Assembly: GCA_027923505.1 (NCBI GenBank) | Contig: BROI01000005.1 | Coordinates: 434,001-498,000, forward strand | Direction: 5' to 3' | Length of the DNA: 64,000 nt | Source: Mayamaea pseudoterrestris | Taxonomy: Eukaryota | Shown: positions 22,668 through 36,482 of the stretch, one piece after another | How positions within the stretch are numbered: position 1 is the stretch's first letter | Layout of the letters: every line of letters starts with the position of its first letter | Position numbers and translations under genes: made by a program | Notes under the pieces: model-generated | Seen by the model: only the letters and a program-made list of their open reading frames with translations | What the model was told of the DNA's origin: nothing | Database searches by the model: none

Positions 22668-25600
22668 TATGTCGGAAGAGCCTGGAAAGCGCGCGAAGAA
22701 TGAGAAGATTCGAGGACGCGGTTTCCCTCTATTTTAACACCGTACGGCTCGCGCAGCGCCACTGCTGCCGGCGAGGAAGAAGCATGGAGTGTTGCGGGAC
22801 CGCGAGGGTGTCCGCCGAAAGACTCAAGGATCATTGCTGGACAAAAGCGCATGCAGTTTGGCGTGCGCCTGGGCGACGGAAGCGGGCTCCTGCTATTTTT
22901 GGTGGAGCAGCTGAGCGTGCGTGCGAATCTGCGCGGTTGACGCAGTAACAACGCTTGCCATTGACAATCGCGAAACGAGCGCCGCTTCGACCTTACGCCC
23001 GCACGTCAAGGATCCCGCAATGCTTTGATGCTGGCGGGTCGTCATTCGATGGCGACCAGTGGCGCGAATGCGACCAACATCTCCGCCAATATGCGCCTGC
23101 CGGGTGATGACCGCACTCCAAAGTATCCGCGATTGTCGCCCCAAAATCTTCTTCAATAACCAAGCGACTCCAATATTGCGCGCTAGTGTAGAAAGTTTGA
23201 TGAAGCAGCATCCGCGAGCGCGTTTCGGAAACGGATCGGATCATTCCCATGGAGAAGAGCCACGTGGACTTGACGCAAATGGAAACTAATTAGCAGCCAT
23301 TTCCGCCTTGATAGGCCCCAAAACCAATACTTAGGTTGGGAATATTATTTGGTTCGGGAAAGAGACGAGGATCGAACAGCCGAAAAGCGCCATCGCAAGA
23401 CCGATGCTAGCTATTTGATGACGATGATCATCGCATGGGCCAACAGCGTCGAAAGCCTACCTCCGCCGCACCACCATGATGAAGCAGACATGACGACACA
23501 GAAGACGACGATGATGATGATGATCGTCCTGCAGCAGGCGGAACGCAACCCCAGGCGGTGCTGACGACGCTACCTTGTTTGCTGATCCTGCCAGTCATTT
23601 GGGTTGAACGACTCGATGGATAATGGAACACGTTGTTTTCGCGCGACACCGACGACAAGAATTCTGGACCCTCCGCGCTCAAATTCATCCTTCATTGTGC
23701 CCAATGCCAACGGCGACTGGTGTTGCGCATACACTCTGGAAGATACGATTCAAGATGCGGATCTCGTTGAGCGCCAAGCCAAAGAGAGAGTTGAGAAGAG
23801 ACGCGAACGCAAGCGCCGCACAAAGTCTAACTTTACGGTCGATCAGATGGATGGCGAAGACGAAGATGACGAGAAACAGAAATTACCATTGGCGGCTCTT
23901 TTCAAGCTTCCGCCTGGTGTTTTCACATGCACCGAGTGCAGGGCGCCAAGTTTACCAAACGCGACTGACGGCGATGTGGCGCGTGGAAATGCCATAATTG
24001 TTCGAAGATAAACATCAAGGATTCGACCTCTTTGTCAGGATTGTGGTGCGCCGGAAGCCTGATAATTTGACAAGGTGCACCTAAGGCGAGCCACTGAAGC
24101 AGCGCCGACAAATATTGTGGCAGGTGCATCTGCTTCTTCCGGAATCTCATTTGGGAAGCAGTTCTGCGGCACCGACCGCTTCGTTTACTCGGATCTGGCG
24201 CCGCGCCCGTCGACGGGCGGCTTCCAATTTGGTGCAGTGAATGAGGGCGGCCTCTACCACTGGCAGCTTCCTGGCTGGCGGGTTTTCGATTTGGTGCTCC
24301 TGCAGAAAGTGGTGCGACGCCGCCGACAAGTTTTACGTTTGAAAATTCGTTAGCGCAAAGTCGAGTACCGCAGCAGCGCAGCGCCGAGTGGGGTTTACCT
24401 TCAACCCTGCTCCTGTGTCAACACCATCCGAGAGCACGACAGACCGCTTCGTCTTTTAGCTTCGGTGCTGCTGCCAATCAGTCGAAGCAAAGGCAGTGTC
24501 TTCAGGAGTGCACCTTTTAGCGGTGGCCGCAACAAACACGAAAAGCTCCAGCGGCGTCTTCGTCCGCTGCCAATGAACGATTTTCGGTCGCGCCAGCGAG
24601 CTCCGGATTTCGATTTTTCCCGTTTTCGCTGGCGCTGCACAACACCTGCCTTTGCTTTTGGAAGCGGGACAATGAGACAACGTGTATCTCCCGCAACTGC
24701 GTGAGCGCACAGGAGCATCGCTAAACAGTCCAAGATCAAACGGCTTTGCGTCCAGTTCCATCCGGTCGGTTTCCAGATGCGAGTCATGGCAGATAACGGA
24801 GGTTGTCAATGGCAACCGACAACGCCTCTGACTGCAACTGACGAAGGGCTGCTCCACCAGCACCGGAGTGCCATTTGCGTTTTGGTGCTGATAACAATCT
24901 TCTGTGCAAGCGGCCTTTGGAGGTTTAGCGCAGTGGGTTCGACTGCAAACGACGAGGGCAGCCGCCAAGAGAAGCGCAAAGATAGCGATCAAACTAACAG
25001 AGTCGATCTCGTCGTCAAACGCATGGGGCATCTCTAGAAGGTGTTTCGAGCACAGGTCCAGGCGTCTTTACTTTTGGCCAGTCCAACTGAAGAACTCAGG
25101 TGCTCCATCGACGACACATCGTTCATGTGTTGAAGAAGCTGTATCGACAGAAACAGCATCTCAGAGCAATGCGTCTGCATTCGGAATGTTTTCAACAACT
25201 GGTGGTAACGACAAAGTGGCACCTTGCAGGTCTAACTCCTACAACGCTGCGCCTGTGCAGCTCGGAGCTAACTTTTCGAATTTCGCCTTTTCACAGCCGC
25301 CGTGCGGCCTTCAATGGTTTCGTTCTGGTGCAGCCTGCACCGGACCGAGTCCCGTTTGAATTTGGGTCTGCTACATCCTCTTGTTCCGCCACTCCTTTTC
25401 AGCCGCGCCAGCTCCTGGAGGTTGCACAGGCAGCTCCAGCTCCTTTTGCCGAGGGGGCGAATGTCGGTGGCGTTCGGCTCTGCTCCAGCGCCTGCTCATG
25501 TCGCTCCTCTGGTTTGGCCTCAGCTCCGAACCAGCGCAAGCAAACCTTTCCACCATCTGGCTGCGAACGAACAACGCAGGAGCTACAACATTTGGCACTG

Positions 25601-25814
25601 CGCCTGGCCTCGGCAAACATCGCAGATGTTCTCGGTGGTGGCACTGTCCTGCAGCAGGAAGCTCCAGTTTGGTGGCAACGCGGCAAATCCTAACGGCGGC
25701 GCAGCGGCAAGCGTGTGTAACAACTGTCCCGGCGCGGCTCCTGCGCGTTTCCTGCTCTCTTCTGTCTGCAGAATTGTCAAAGCCAAGCGCCCAGGTGGTG
25801 TTGTTCGTCGCTAA
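22668..25814 (+). pseudogene. Nup153/Nup1-like FG nucleoporin with RanBP2-type zinc finger, multiply frameshifted
   Basis: WKCHNCSKINIKDSTS then CQDC after removing one T in tctttgtcag (~23984-24050); GISFG, GGFQFG, AFAFGSG, FEFG, TTFG repeats across frames; basic C-terminus RIVKAKRPGGVVRR-stop at 25814. 5' end uncertain. Confidence 0.7.
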
Positions 25815-26129
25815 GACTACCGGTAGTAGTCAGAAATTGAAGCGTAGGTGATTTTGGTTGTGTGTAAGCGACAAGATTGATTTGCCTTCCTTGAAATATG
25901 CAAATTTTTTGTTATGATTCAATACAATTATACAATATTGTTTAACCTAAACCGTTGGTAAAAGCGAATTGTGAATCAAAATAGGTAAAATGTACTGCGC
26001 TTTGTAGTCGTCGATTCGTCACTGATCTCAGTTTATTGCAAACCTTCTTGGCCTTTTGAACGGCAAGCTCAGCAAGCTAACTTGTCGGTCTTCGTCAGAA
26101 AAGCGAATTACATTATCACGATTGGCTCG

Positions 26130-27772
26130 CTACGACGCTCGCTCAGCAGTCCCTGTATTCTTTCGCAATCGTTCACAGCCGATTTTCGTAGCAATTTGTT
26201 TCGCGCATCGCGTCAGTGGTACATCATCTTCCAAGCGACGTGTTCCCGAATTCTAGCGTTCGCTTTTTGCATTTGGTTGGATCGCACTCGGGCCCACAAA
26301 CGCTGCGGGATACAGCGGTCACATACCACGATCCCGATCCTCATCCATTGCTGCGTAACTGCAACGCGAAATTCATCCGATCTTGCAACTAAAGTCGGCT
26401 GCCAAACGATTCGGGCACGCGAGTAGTGGCACTCGGCGACAACCAAATTGTTCCAAGGCGATGGAATAACTGATGCAACAACCCAACGGGAATGAAACGT
26501 TTGCGTGACTCCGCAACTTTTTGGATCGTAGCCGTTACTTTGACGTAACCACTTTGGCTACCACAATTGACGATAATACGCTTTGCAAACCGACGTGCGT
26601 TGTGACAATTCTGACGCCACCTGGAACGGGGCCACTGGTACGCCGAGTCCTGCCAAACCATCCGATGATGCGAAACTTGATTCGTCGCGCTCCCATCAAC
26701 GCATTAATTGGTCCCTTGCAACGTCCAAGAGATTTGCAGAGACGCATAGTCCAACAGTGCGCATTTGCGGAAAACAACGGCATTGCGTCGGAAACCCCGG
26801 CCAGCTTCCACCAACGGCAAACATTGAGTATAGTGGGAACCGTCAAATGGCAAGGGCGAAACAACGGGCTACACTAGTCAGGGTTTCAAGAAGAGACGTG
26901 CGCATCGACGGACCAGCTAATTTTGCCGGAGCACCAGTCGCAACGGCAAACTCATGAAAGCTGTCGGGGAAAGTGTTTCATTTTGCAAGCAACTCCACAG
27001 CAGAACCTTGATGCTTATTGTACGAAAAACCCATGCCGGTCCATAATAAGCGTTCCAAAGGGGGCGTCGATGGGTCCTTGCCAGCCGTAGCCAAGATCAA
27101 TTTCGCCAGACTTTGGCCACAGTTCGAAGTTACTGCGTTCGTGGCAACAACCAGAAAGCTGGCCAAATAACGTTGCCATTTGCGAATCTTGATAGAGGCT
27201 TCCAAACGACCGTACTGAAGCAGCCGAAGGAGTCCTGGTGCGAATGCGTCCGATGTCTATGGCTTGCCGCCGACTGTTTCCTGGGCGCCCCTCGATCACT
27301 TGGGCGGCCGCTGCTGACCTTGACGTTATCGGGCTGATTAACCACTCCAACTCGGGTTCCCCAGCCACTGGGCAAACCATTTTCAGTGCCGTCGTCTGTC
27401 TGATAGGCCCACTTTGACGTATCGAGCATTGCCGGAGAATGTTCATCGCTCCAGGTCAATCTAAGAACGCTGCTGCTGGCTGGAACGCTCTGCACCGAAA
27501 CGACAGCTTCCCCCCCAAGATCGGCATTCTCGTCTCACAAATATCAGCCGCATACACGCAGGGAAGGAAACTCGCCGCTCACCGTTGCCGCGGGCGGATC
27601 GTTGATCCAGCGCCAGGTTGGCTTGCACCCATGTCGGCCGCGCGCACCGCAGCTTACGCGCCGCGAGTATCCGTCGCCTGGTGGTTTCCGACAAGCAGGG
27701 ACATGATGAACAAAGATCGTCTGCAGTAGCAAGTGGAAGAAAAATACAGTAGGAGGTCGATTGAAGGATCAT
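26130..27772 (-). pseudogene. Secreted GH16 beta-1,3-glucanase-like protein, multiply frameshifted
   Basis: LTWSDE...LDTSKWAYQT...SGWG, WPAFWLLP and WPKSGEIDL (catalytic E-x-D at ~27095-27105) in different frames; hydrophobic N-terminus and Cys-rich flanks; ends approximate. Confidence 0.8.
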
Positions 27773-29578
27773 GGCGTTGTTGATTTTCGTTCGATAAGCC
27801 ATAGCGCTCATATATCTTCCCTCGTCTTTCGATTCAATGATACGATGATTGCTCGAAATCCTGTCAAATTTTTAACCTCTACCGTCGCGTGGTTATGTTT
27901 CGTGAAGCGAATGGCCAGGTGGAAATTCCTTGTCGCACCAGGAGGGGTCAACGAAGGAAATGATCCGCCGGTCCGGTAAGCTGTTATCGGCTTCCTTGGA
28001 CAAGGACACTTGATGCGCCTCCTTCTGATCAGCTGATTCTTCGTTGAAAGTTAAAGTGGACACATTTTCAACCAATCACTACAAGACCAAAGAAAAGTTG
28101 TTCAGAGTCTTTTGAAGTCCTAAAAGCTCCTCGCACCTTTCTCCGGACTCTTCCAACGCTCACTGGAGGACGATTTGTTAAACGGCGGAGGGAACGGCAT
28201 GAGTCAGCAAAGTAATATCCACGTCGCTGAAAATCTGTCAAAGTCATGCGGTCATCAATCGTGCACGATCGATTGCACCAATCAGCCTTGCGGCGGGACT
28301 GTGAATGACGGTATACCATTGCGTCTTTAATATGTCGCAACGTGGATCACCTTGAACCGATCGCCAACCATGGAGAGTTTGCAAAAACGTTTTGCCCCGC
28401 TCTGTGGGCTTTCAGATAATTCTTCTCGCGCCTTTCAATTCTACCATGTTCTCTGGATAAAGGTGTAGTGCAATGGCTGGTTGTTCTATTTGCGATCATG
28501 CTTGCAAGATCTTTATTATCCGGGAACAATGGCCAATACTATCGGGTGATCCATTGCCACCACAATGGTTTAACGAGACGGGCGTTGACGAGAACAGTTT
28601 CATCGTCAAAGATTGAAATCTACTACTTCCAAAATAGACTCGCCTCCCGTTATAATTATTCTTGAGCTTCCTCGATCAGGCTCAACGTGAATACTTTGAA
28701 TGCAACAATTATCGATCCGCTCACCGAGCTGTGATGCACCTGAACTCCGTCGCACTCCACGCTTTCCCCTGCCTTGAACGCACCTGCAGGATCCACTGCG
28801 TCCATCCAACCTACTATGAAGGCAGTTCCTCCTTTCCAAAACTGCAAAAGCAATATTCAGAAGTTTGGAGTCAATTTGGTGTTGAATCACAGGATCCATA
28901 CGCGTGGTTTCTTCCGCAGGAATTTGCTTGATCATTGTGCAAGCACATCCGAAAGCGAAATGGATTATCAACGCGCGATCCCTCTGCCAAACGATGGGCG
29001 ACGAACGTTCTCGCACTGGAACACCGACACGCATCGACTACTGACGGCGTACAATATTCCGAGATATTCTCGAGCAATCAAACCGGACGTGGTTGGCATA
29101 GCAACAACTACACGGCAGACATGGCGCACCCTGACGTTCCGAAAACTGGACGGCCGACCTTTTGTACTGGAGCTTGTCACGAAGTCGCTTGCTCCTCGCG
29201 CATGGGACGTTCGGCGAGTACCTACGACGACTGGAGGCGCTCGCGCAAGTTCATACCGTCATGTTAAGCTGGTAGTGGGCAAACAGGGAGTATTTCCAAC
29301 GATCGCACGATCTAAAAGTCGCTCAATGTCGATGATGTGCGATTGCGGCTCACATGTTGGCGGATGTTTTCCTGGAGCAGGTGGCGGACTGCTGGATGTT
29401 TGATGGAAATGCGCTTGACAATGATTGGAAGGACTTTTCCCTTGTATGATATTGACCGTACAAAATTGTGAAGTGTACGTATGCGAATTATGGTGTCGTC
29501 TTGGCCCACCAGTCCAATCAATCACTCCTCTTGTATTGTATGCAAACAGTTGTAATATAATAATGTTGCGTTGCTGTT

Positions 29579-31281
29579 TTACTTTAGCGAAAGCCGATTG
29601 GGCCACTTCCTCTTGAAACGGCACTTGCGTAACAGTCGTCGCCGACGGCTGCCACGGTGGTGGTTGCTTTGGCGCCATGTTCGCCAACTCTTTACGTCTG
29701 CTTGCGTGACGGCATCAATCGCTCGCCGGTCGTGTGAATGTCCTCCCGCTTGTTGTACGTCAATATTTGACGACCCAAATCCTCAAACAGTACCAGCCGC
29801 GATTCGAGCTGCGTCAAAACATTGCACTTCAACATGTTCCTCGCTCGACTCAATTCCTCGTCGGAAACAGGTTCCACCGCAAGTCGCGCCAAGTGCTCTG
29901 CAAACACTTGCACCATTTCTCGTGCCTTGTGCGGAACTGTTGATCCGCTAATGCCCCAAACTCCCGACTCATCATGGAATGATGTGAACGCTTCCGCACT
30001 TTCGGCCCACGAGTATCGATTCAACACTTGACGATACAATCTGCTGTACATGCCCTTGCCTGGTCCACCAGCTGAAAATGAGTTTCCACCACCCAGCAAT
30101 GTCTGCAAGACGCACGCTGGCACGAGACTGTCCGTATGCCATCCGCCCACGTGCAAGCCAACTGCAACGTTGGTCAATCCTTCCGTCGTCGGGAGTGTCC
30201 GACGATCCTCTCCACCCCGATATATTGATGGAGTTGTAGCAGCAATCGCTGCATTTTTGGCTTGTTTCAAATGACCAAAGTGCTTGTCGGCCAATTCCAG
30301 TAGATACTCGTGGCGAACACCTGCGCCAGCAATCACAAGACTATTTGGATTGGAGAGCATGTGTCGTTCCCAGTAGCTATTAACAAGGTCTGGCGTCAAA
30401 TTGTGCAAACTTTGTGGCGTTACCAAATGTGGCTGCCCCAGCTGCTGATCAATTCCATATGCCGCCGCTTGGAGTGCTTCGCCAAGTATTAATTGCGGCG
30501 GCATGTCCATGGCTTGATACTCTAGCGCCTGCTTGGCATGATCCACCTCCTCCTGCGTGAACTGCGGCTTTAACAAAACTTGCTGAAGCAGCTCCATGGC
30601 CTTGTCAACGTTAGGACGCAGCAAGTCAATGCAGTAGAGTGACTGCTCGCGTCCCGTATTGACAAAGCGCGTCGCTCCCAAGTCTTGCAGCAAGTGCTGA
30701 ATCTCCAGCGCCGAGTATAGTTCCGTTGAGCCAAAGGCCAGAACTTCCAGCAAATTCGTGACTCCAGACTCTTGTGCTGTTTCAAGTCTACTCGAGACGC
30801 CGCAAACGATGCCAATGCAGCTGACTTGTCCGTATGTTTCCTGCGAAACGACACGTACGCCATTTGCTAGTTGCGTCACTTGAACTTTCGGCGTCTCCAA
30901 TTGATCAGCTGGAACATTGTTTGGGATATGAGACGGAACTGATTTTGTAATGGGAAGAGCAGTCTTTAATGAAAGCTGTGAGAGTGACTTTTGTTGCTTT
31001 GTCCGAAGAGCCTCTCGTTCTGTGGCGGCCATTGCATTGGAATCGTCAAAGGGGTCGCGAGGATCCGGCGCTTGATATACTTTTTGGCTCGGTTGCTGCT
31101 TGGACGCTTCAATTGCCGTTGTTTTGGTAATTTCTGGAGGTTCACTGGCCCATGGATACTCGTAGCTGCTGTAAGTGCTTAACGATGCGCGTTTGGATAG
31201 GAAAGAACTTTTTCCAAAGAATCGAGCTTGAGGTTTGCTCCTCGATAAAATGGCTCTAGCGGCGCGATTTGAAATTCTCAT
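29579..31281 (-). CDS. MPPA: Mitochondrial processing peptidase alpha subunit (M16B); last ~50 codons frameshifted
   Basis: VTQLANGVRVVSQE, Gly-rich loop LLGGGNSFSAGGPGKGMYSRLY, LESRLVLFEDLGRQIL; tail IDAVTQADV...PTVAAVGDD...VPFQEEV recoverable in shifted frames to a stop at 29579. Confidence 0.93.
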
Positions 31282-31842
31282 TGTCGCAAAGTAGTACTGT
31301 CTTTATATACGGTAGCGTTCAGTAATGAGTCGTAAGCTATTTAAAAGTCAACCTTTTGTCCAGGATCAACGACGACTGCCTGGACGCGGAGATCGGTGGA
31401 CGTGATGCAACTGCGCGCCGGATGCAACATCAAGCGTGACAGACTGTCGTAGTGGTACTAATACGACATGCTGTCAAAAGGTCCGTCGCGATGTTCCGCG
31501 TCAAACCAAGGTGCACGCAATGATCGACAAGCTTCAAGCATGATGCTGTAGTTGGAATTGAAACAACCACCTATTGAAAACGAATCATTTTTGCACGTTG
31601 ATTTCTGTCGCTGCTGCTTGCTTTACAATCGGCTGTTTTATTTGACGATAATTGAGGAGCAACAGATTGGAAAAGAAAGCGAAAGGCTGCGCGTGAACGT
31701 GAAGCGAGCATGTTTATGACAATGTTTGACACAAGCAAGATTGTTGAGTGCATCATGCGCTGCATCTTGGCTGGCAGTATGCTGTGCCTCATGTTGTGCT
31801 GTAGTCGCCGTCATGCTCATCAACAAAGTTCCGTTCCGAAAG

Positions 31843-32304
31843 CAAACATCTCCATCAAGTACAAAATCTGCATTATACTTGGTCTATTGAAAGGGCAGTT
31901 TGTGTGGTGGAGTCCTGTTGCTTGTCGTATTTTTGGTCGCTTGGTTACGATTGGCACCATCCGCAGGTGGTGGACGAGCTGAGACCAGAACCCAAGCCAA
32001 AGGAGTCACGGTTGGGCGTTGAAACTGGCTAAAGACCTGCGATCAAAGGCAAACGAATGCTAATGCGAATGCGAATCACTCTTCTGCAGATGATCTTGTC
32101 ACTACTTTGCTGGACAATCTTCTGCATCATCAACTACTGGTATTGTCTACATCATAATATGTGCAGGAGATACATTACTCATTATCTGTTTCAGTCAACA
32201 ACGGTCTTACCAGCATCATTACCAAGGTCCTTTCTATCACCACAGACATTTCCATCAAGTATCAAAGTCGCATTGTTCTCGGTATATTGGTCGGGCAATT
32301 TGTA
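31843..32304. repeat. Diverged ~60-bp direct repeat (31843-31904 and 32243-32304), probably two copies of a protein motif on the minus strand
   Basis: acatctccatcaagtacaaaatctgcatt...gggcagtttgt vs acatttccatcaagtatcaaagtcgcatt...gggcaatttgt; minus-strand reads KLP.Q...LDGDVC and KLPDQY...LDGNVC. Confidence 0.6.
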
Positions 32305-32399
32305 GGGGTTCATTATCGACGGTACAACGGTAACCGAGTCAGCACTGAACTACCATTGGCTTCTTTTGTTTTCTAATCACTGATGGCATTTAAACTTTA

Positions 32400-35300
32400 G
32401 CGGCTATGGCTGTAATCCGTTGACTGTCGCGGAAATGGATGACCAGGGCAGCAATGATTCCACGTACATATTACAAGTCACTGCACTTTTTTTAACATTT
32501 GCTTTCGCAAGTGGCAAAATTTGTTTTATAACGCTACTTTCTTTTGCAGTCCAACTCTTTTTCTTGGCTTCGTAATGTGTTCCACGACGCTTGCGTTGTC
32601 CCAACGAGACTAATACAGTCATGCAAGCTGCTATTGCGTAGCTACTGATAGCGCGGATAAGTGCGCACTCGAACGCCGACGATTGATGGGTGCGTTTCCT
32701 CCGCAAAACGTTATCAAAGGTCTCTGTCAATGTACTCTCTCAAATCACCAGATGTATAGGAACCGTATTACCCCTTGACTTCGCCGTCATCTTCTGAACA
32801 TACAAAGGAGGCGCATCCAACAGCTCAACCGTTCCGGCAAACGCGTCGTGTTAACCATGACCGACCACAACGTACGCTCGATGCAGCTGCTCGGGAATAT
32901 CATAATAGTCAGAGGAAGAGGCAAGCCTTTTGCTGGCAGATTTTAGCCAAACTCGTCGTTCCCCAGGGTCGATACTAAAATCTTGCGAATTTTTTCCGTC
33001 CTTTCTCAGTCCGGACTCTTTTTCTGATTCGCCATCAGCAACCGAACTACGGACGGGGCCAGTCGTTTCCGTATCAGTCTCATCTCTGGTCCTTTCCTTC
33101 GTTTTGCCTTGTGGGTTTACCAAGGGATACAACAAGGGTGCAGCGCACGTTTGAATCGGCAAGGGACCAACTCACGCACTGCCATCTCGAATCGACACAG
33201 AACGGCAACGCGCTGCATTCTCATCCTTTCTCGGGTAATAGATGCCGAAAGTAGAAGACCTGGGGTTGTCCTTCTTGTCGCGACCTTGCTGAAAAAATTG
33301 TCCATTCTGCACATTTCACGCAACGCGTGTATCAAGAAAGGTCCGGCCGTGCAAGCAATCAGCTTTCAACGATAGGCACCGCCGCTTTTCGTGTGACTGC
33401 AGCGCGATGACAACGAAGAGCGCCGAATATCATCTCGAGTGACCATTCGAACTATCGGTACACTCAGAAAACCATCAGGGGCAGCTGTTGCCTTATCAGC
33501 AAAAGTAACCGCTGCTGCTGCCAACGGAATGGGACCTGCACATGCGTTCCGCCCATTCACCATTTCATTCACGGCCTGCTCCAATGGATCATTAGACTCT
33601 ATAAAAGAAAAGGCTATGTCCTTGATGAACTGCAGCGGAGAACTGTAATTTGCTTGTGTGGGCATGCGCTCCTTAGTCGGACTTTTTATAAAGCGCATCA
33701 TGGGATCAATCGTTGCGAGAAAAGGATCAGTAATGAACAACTTGAGGAATTTAGTCGTGTCGCTAGGCTCATCAGTATTATCTTGGTCGGATGGGGAGTA
33801 AAGATTATGATTGTCTAATTGCGTTGGGGTTACAAAGTGACCAGGTAGCGCGGTGCTTGTCTTCATTTGAACCATGCGATAGCTGCTCAGAACTCGCTCA
33901 GGAGACTCCTCATCGGTCGCACTAGCAAGAACATATGAAACGTCAAGAACGTCATGCTCAAACCCAGGCTTTTCAATAAAAAGCAATAGAGTCCGCATTG
34001 CAAACGTCAATGTCTTCTTGGAGCTCAATGTCGCTACATGGGAGACGTAATTCCCTGGCAAACCATCGCGCTGTAGACTACCCCCAAAATGTGAAACGTC
34101 GCCACAACTCGAAATACGTAGCGCCGGCAAAGGGGTGCGATCACCGGCACTGTGCGTTTGAATGGGGGAAGACTCATTTGTCATGAGCGAAAGCAGCGAC
34201 AAGAAATTTACACCAAGATATGTCTTCCATTGCAAGCGATCGCGGGGAGTCCCTAAATGAATTACAACGTCAAGCTTACTATCACGCTCTCGCGGTCCAC
34301 CCATTTTGAAGTTCTGAACGGCAGTGTCAAAGCTAGGATCGACGCCTTCCGGCAAAGAACGAACAAAAACTGCCACATGCCATAGTCGATGCGCATGAAC
34401 GTGGACACAAGAAACGAAAAAGTCAAGCTCTGGATTCGTATCAACAAGGGTGCGCAAAGACGGAATAGCCAAGACAGGATCCGTATCGTGTCGAAGGACT
34501 GGGTTCTTATCGGACATCGCTACTTTGAACGTATGAATGCCCACAAGCGAATAACCCTGCGTCAAACTGAGCGCTGTATTGGATCGATTCTGCTTGAATC
34601 CTGTACCACGGACTTGGCAAACTACATCCCTCGACACTGTTCCTTCGTAATAAACTTGTTTGTTGTCTGATGAGCTATCCCACCGGCTGTTGTCATTGTT
34701 GTCGTCAAACGCCATTCTTCGTTTCCAGTAGTTGTCAGGAACAGGTTGGTCAAGGTTCCAACCCTTGTTAACGACTCGTCGCGCATCGCAATAGGCATTG
34801 ACCAAGATTGAAGCCCGAGCAACGCGTTTTCTCCACCGAAAAAGCTGCTCGACTCGAGCTTTGGACGTTTGGTCGCGCGGTACTGCAGCACTCGGTAAAT
34901 GTGGAACAAAGAGACGAAAGAAATCAACCGGTCCAATGAGCAAGCGCTTCTCGACATATTCTGACCTAAACCCACTCGTTCCGTCTTTGTCTCCGTTGCT
35001 GTTTGGTGTCGCTGTATCTGCAGCAGAGTCATTGACTCTACCACTGTCCTTCGACACGTGCTCCGTTGCATGCTTCCACCATAATGCTTCCAGTCGCAAT
35101 CGCAAGGACGGAAACGCACTTCCAAAACACCTGACACAATCATCCCAAGCAATTCCATAGCAGCACTGCTTCAATAAATCGTCGTCACATGCGTTTGGGT
35201 CATTTCCAATCGCGTGATCATCATGCCAAACAAACTCCTTTCCAGCGTAAGCAATACTTCCTTGATGAATTACTTGTAGCGCTTGAAACATATTATATAT

Positions 35301-36271
35301 AGATGATCCAAGAGTTTGTAATGCCAAAACATCGGTTTGAAACTGCGCTGCAATGGCAGCCGATCCGAGTGTATGCTCCATCGTCCACTCGCGATCATTC
35401 TCCATGTTTCGTTGTGCAAGCAACGGTGGTGCTGCGGGCGACGTCGCGTCTTGCTTGACATGCAACTGAATGATTCCACTCTCCACTGGATTGACAATTT
35501 GAAGAAAGGCATGCTCCAATGGTATTTCCACGGGTGGATCCTTTTCCTGACTCTTTTTCAAAAAAATAGCATGTGGCATGGATCGCAATGGCCGCTGGGC
35601 AATCACTTGTGCCGCTTCCGGTAGATGACCATTCGTCGCATGATGAATTCCCAACGTCGGCGATTCGCTCATGGTCAACGCCAGGTATCGCTCGAGTCGA
35701 AAATGCTTGTCAGGCGGAATGACTTGCCGAGATACTTCAAGCCATGACGGTGGAGGCACAAGCGTTTCGTATATGAGCGAAAAATGCTTTGGTCCATAGT
35801 AGTGAATGCGACTCATTGGGTTCTCTTGGTTCGCCGACCGTTCAACCGCTAATAACTCGAAGAGATCGTCGTACTCGCCCTCATGATTACTGTTGCTGGT
35901 AGACAAGTCAAAACTCGAGTATGAACCGGATCGAGATCGGCTGCGTTGTCGTCGTTTGCGTTGCGAAAAAAGCGGATCATCCATCAGCGTGGAATCAAGA
36001 CTTGCAAAGTGCTTGCGGCGGACTGATTTAATAGATAAGGCTCTCTGATTTCTCCAGCTGACAATTTTCCAGATAAAAATAGCGCAGATCATGACGACGA
36101 CGAAAACTTCAAGAAAATATAGTTCGCGTTCAGTGAAAAGTATGAAGCGTCCATGGAGAAGCGACCAACATGCACGAAGTTCTACTTTAAGGAAGAGCCC
36201 TACTGATTCTAAACCACGCAAAGCTCTATTCTGCACGTTCTCTCCATTAACCGGCGTACACTTGACATCGT
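32400..36271 (-). pseudogene. Membrane-anchored protein with EDR2 C-terminal (DUF1336)-like and CRAL-TRIO/Sec14-like domains; 5' end abuts the copia LTR, 3' part frameshifted
   Basis: TM LYFLEVFVVVMICAIFIWKIV; DUF1336-like FDTAVQNFKMGGPRERDSKLDVV and LDVSYVLASATDEESPERVLSSYRM; CRAL-TRIO-like TRDDIRR...QNGQFFQQGRDKKDNP(VFYFR) beyond the frameshift at ~33420. 3' end approximate. Confidence 0.6.
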
Positions 36272-36482
36272 TGTTGGATCTAGAATATATCTTGCGCGCC
36301 CTTGAAGCGACACTAATGATTAAGCAGAACAGAGTCAATAAAACCACTTTACTTATTTTCTCCAAGAAGTGATCGTCCTCGATCCACTCCTTCGGTTGCC
36401 GCTTACCGCGCTTACTTAAATGTGACCGTCTTCGTGACGTCACCGCTGCCGCTTCGGTTTGGGTTCTCATCCATGCTCAACA
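36272..36482 (-). repeat. 3' LTR, 211 bp
   Basis: TGTTG...CAACA inverted termini; same sequence as 20461-20671; contains palindrome GTGACGTCAC at 36434-36443. Confidence 0.95.

Noticed and set aside
27900..29450. Probable additional frameshifted gene(s) between GH16 and MPP-alpha
   Set aside because: Short ORFs on both strands; strand and family could not be assigned.
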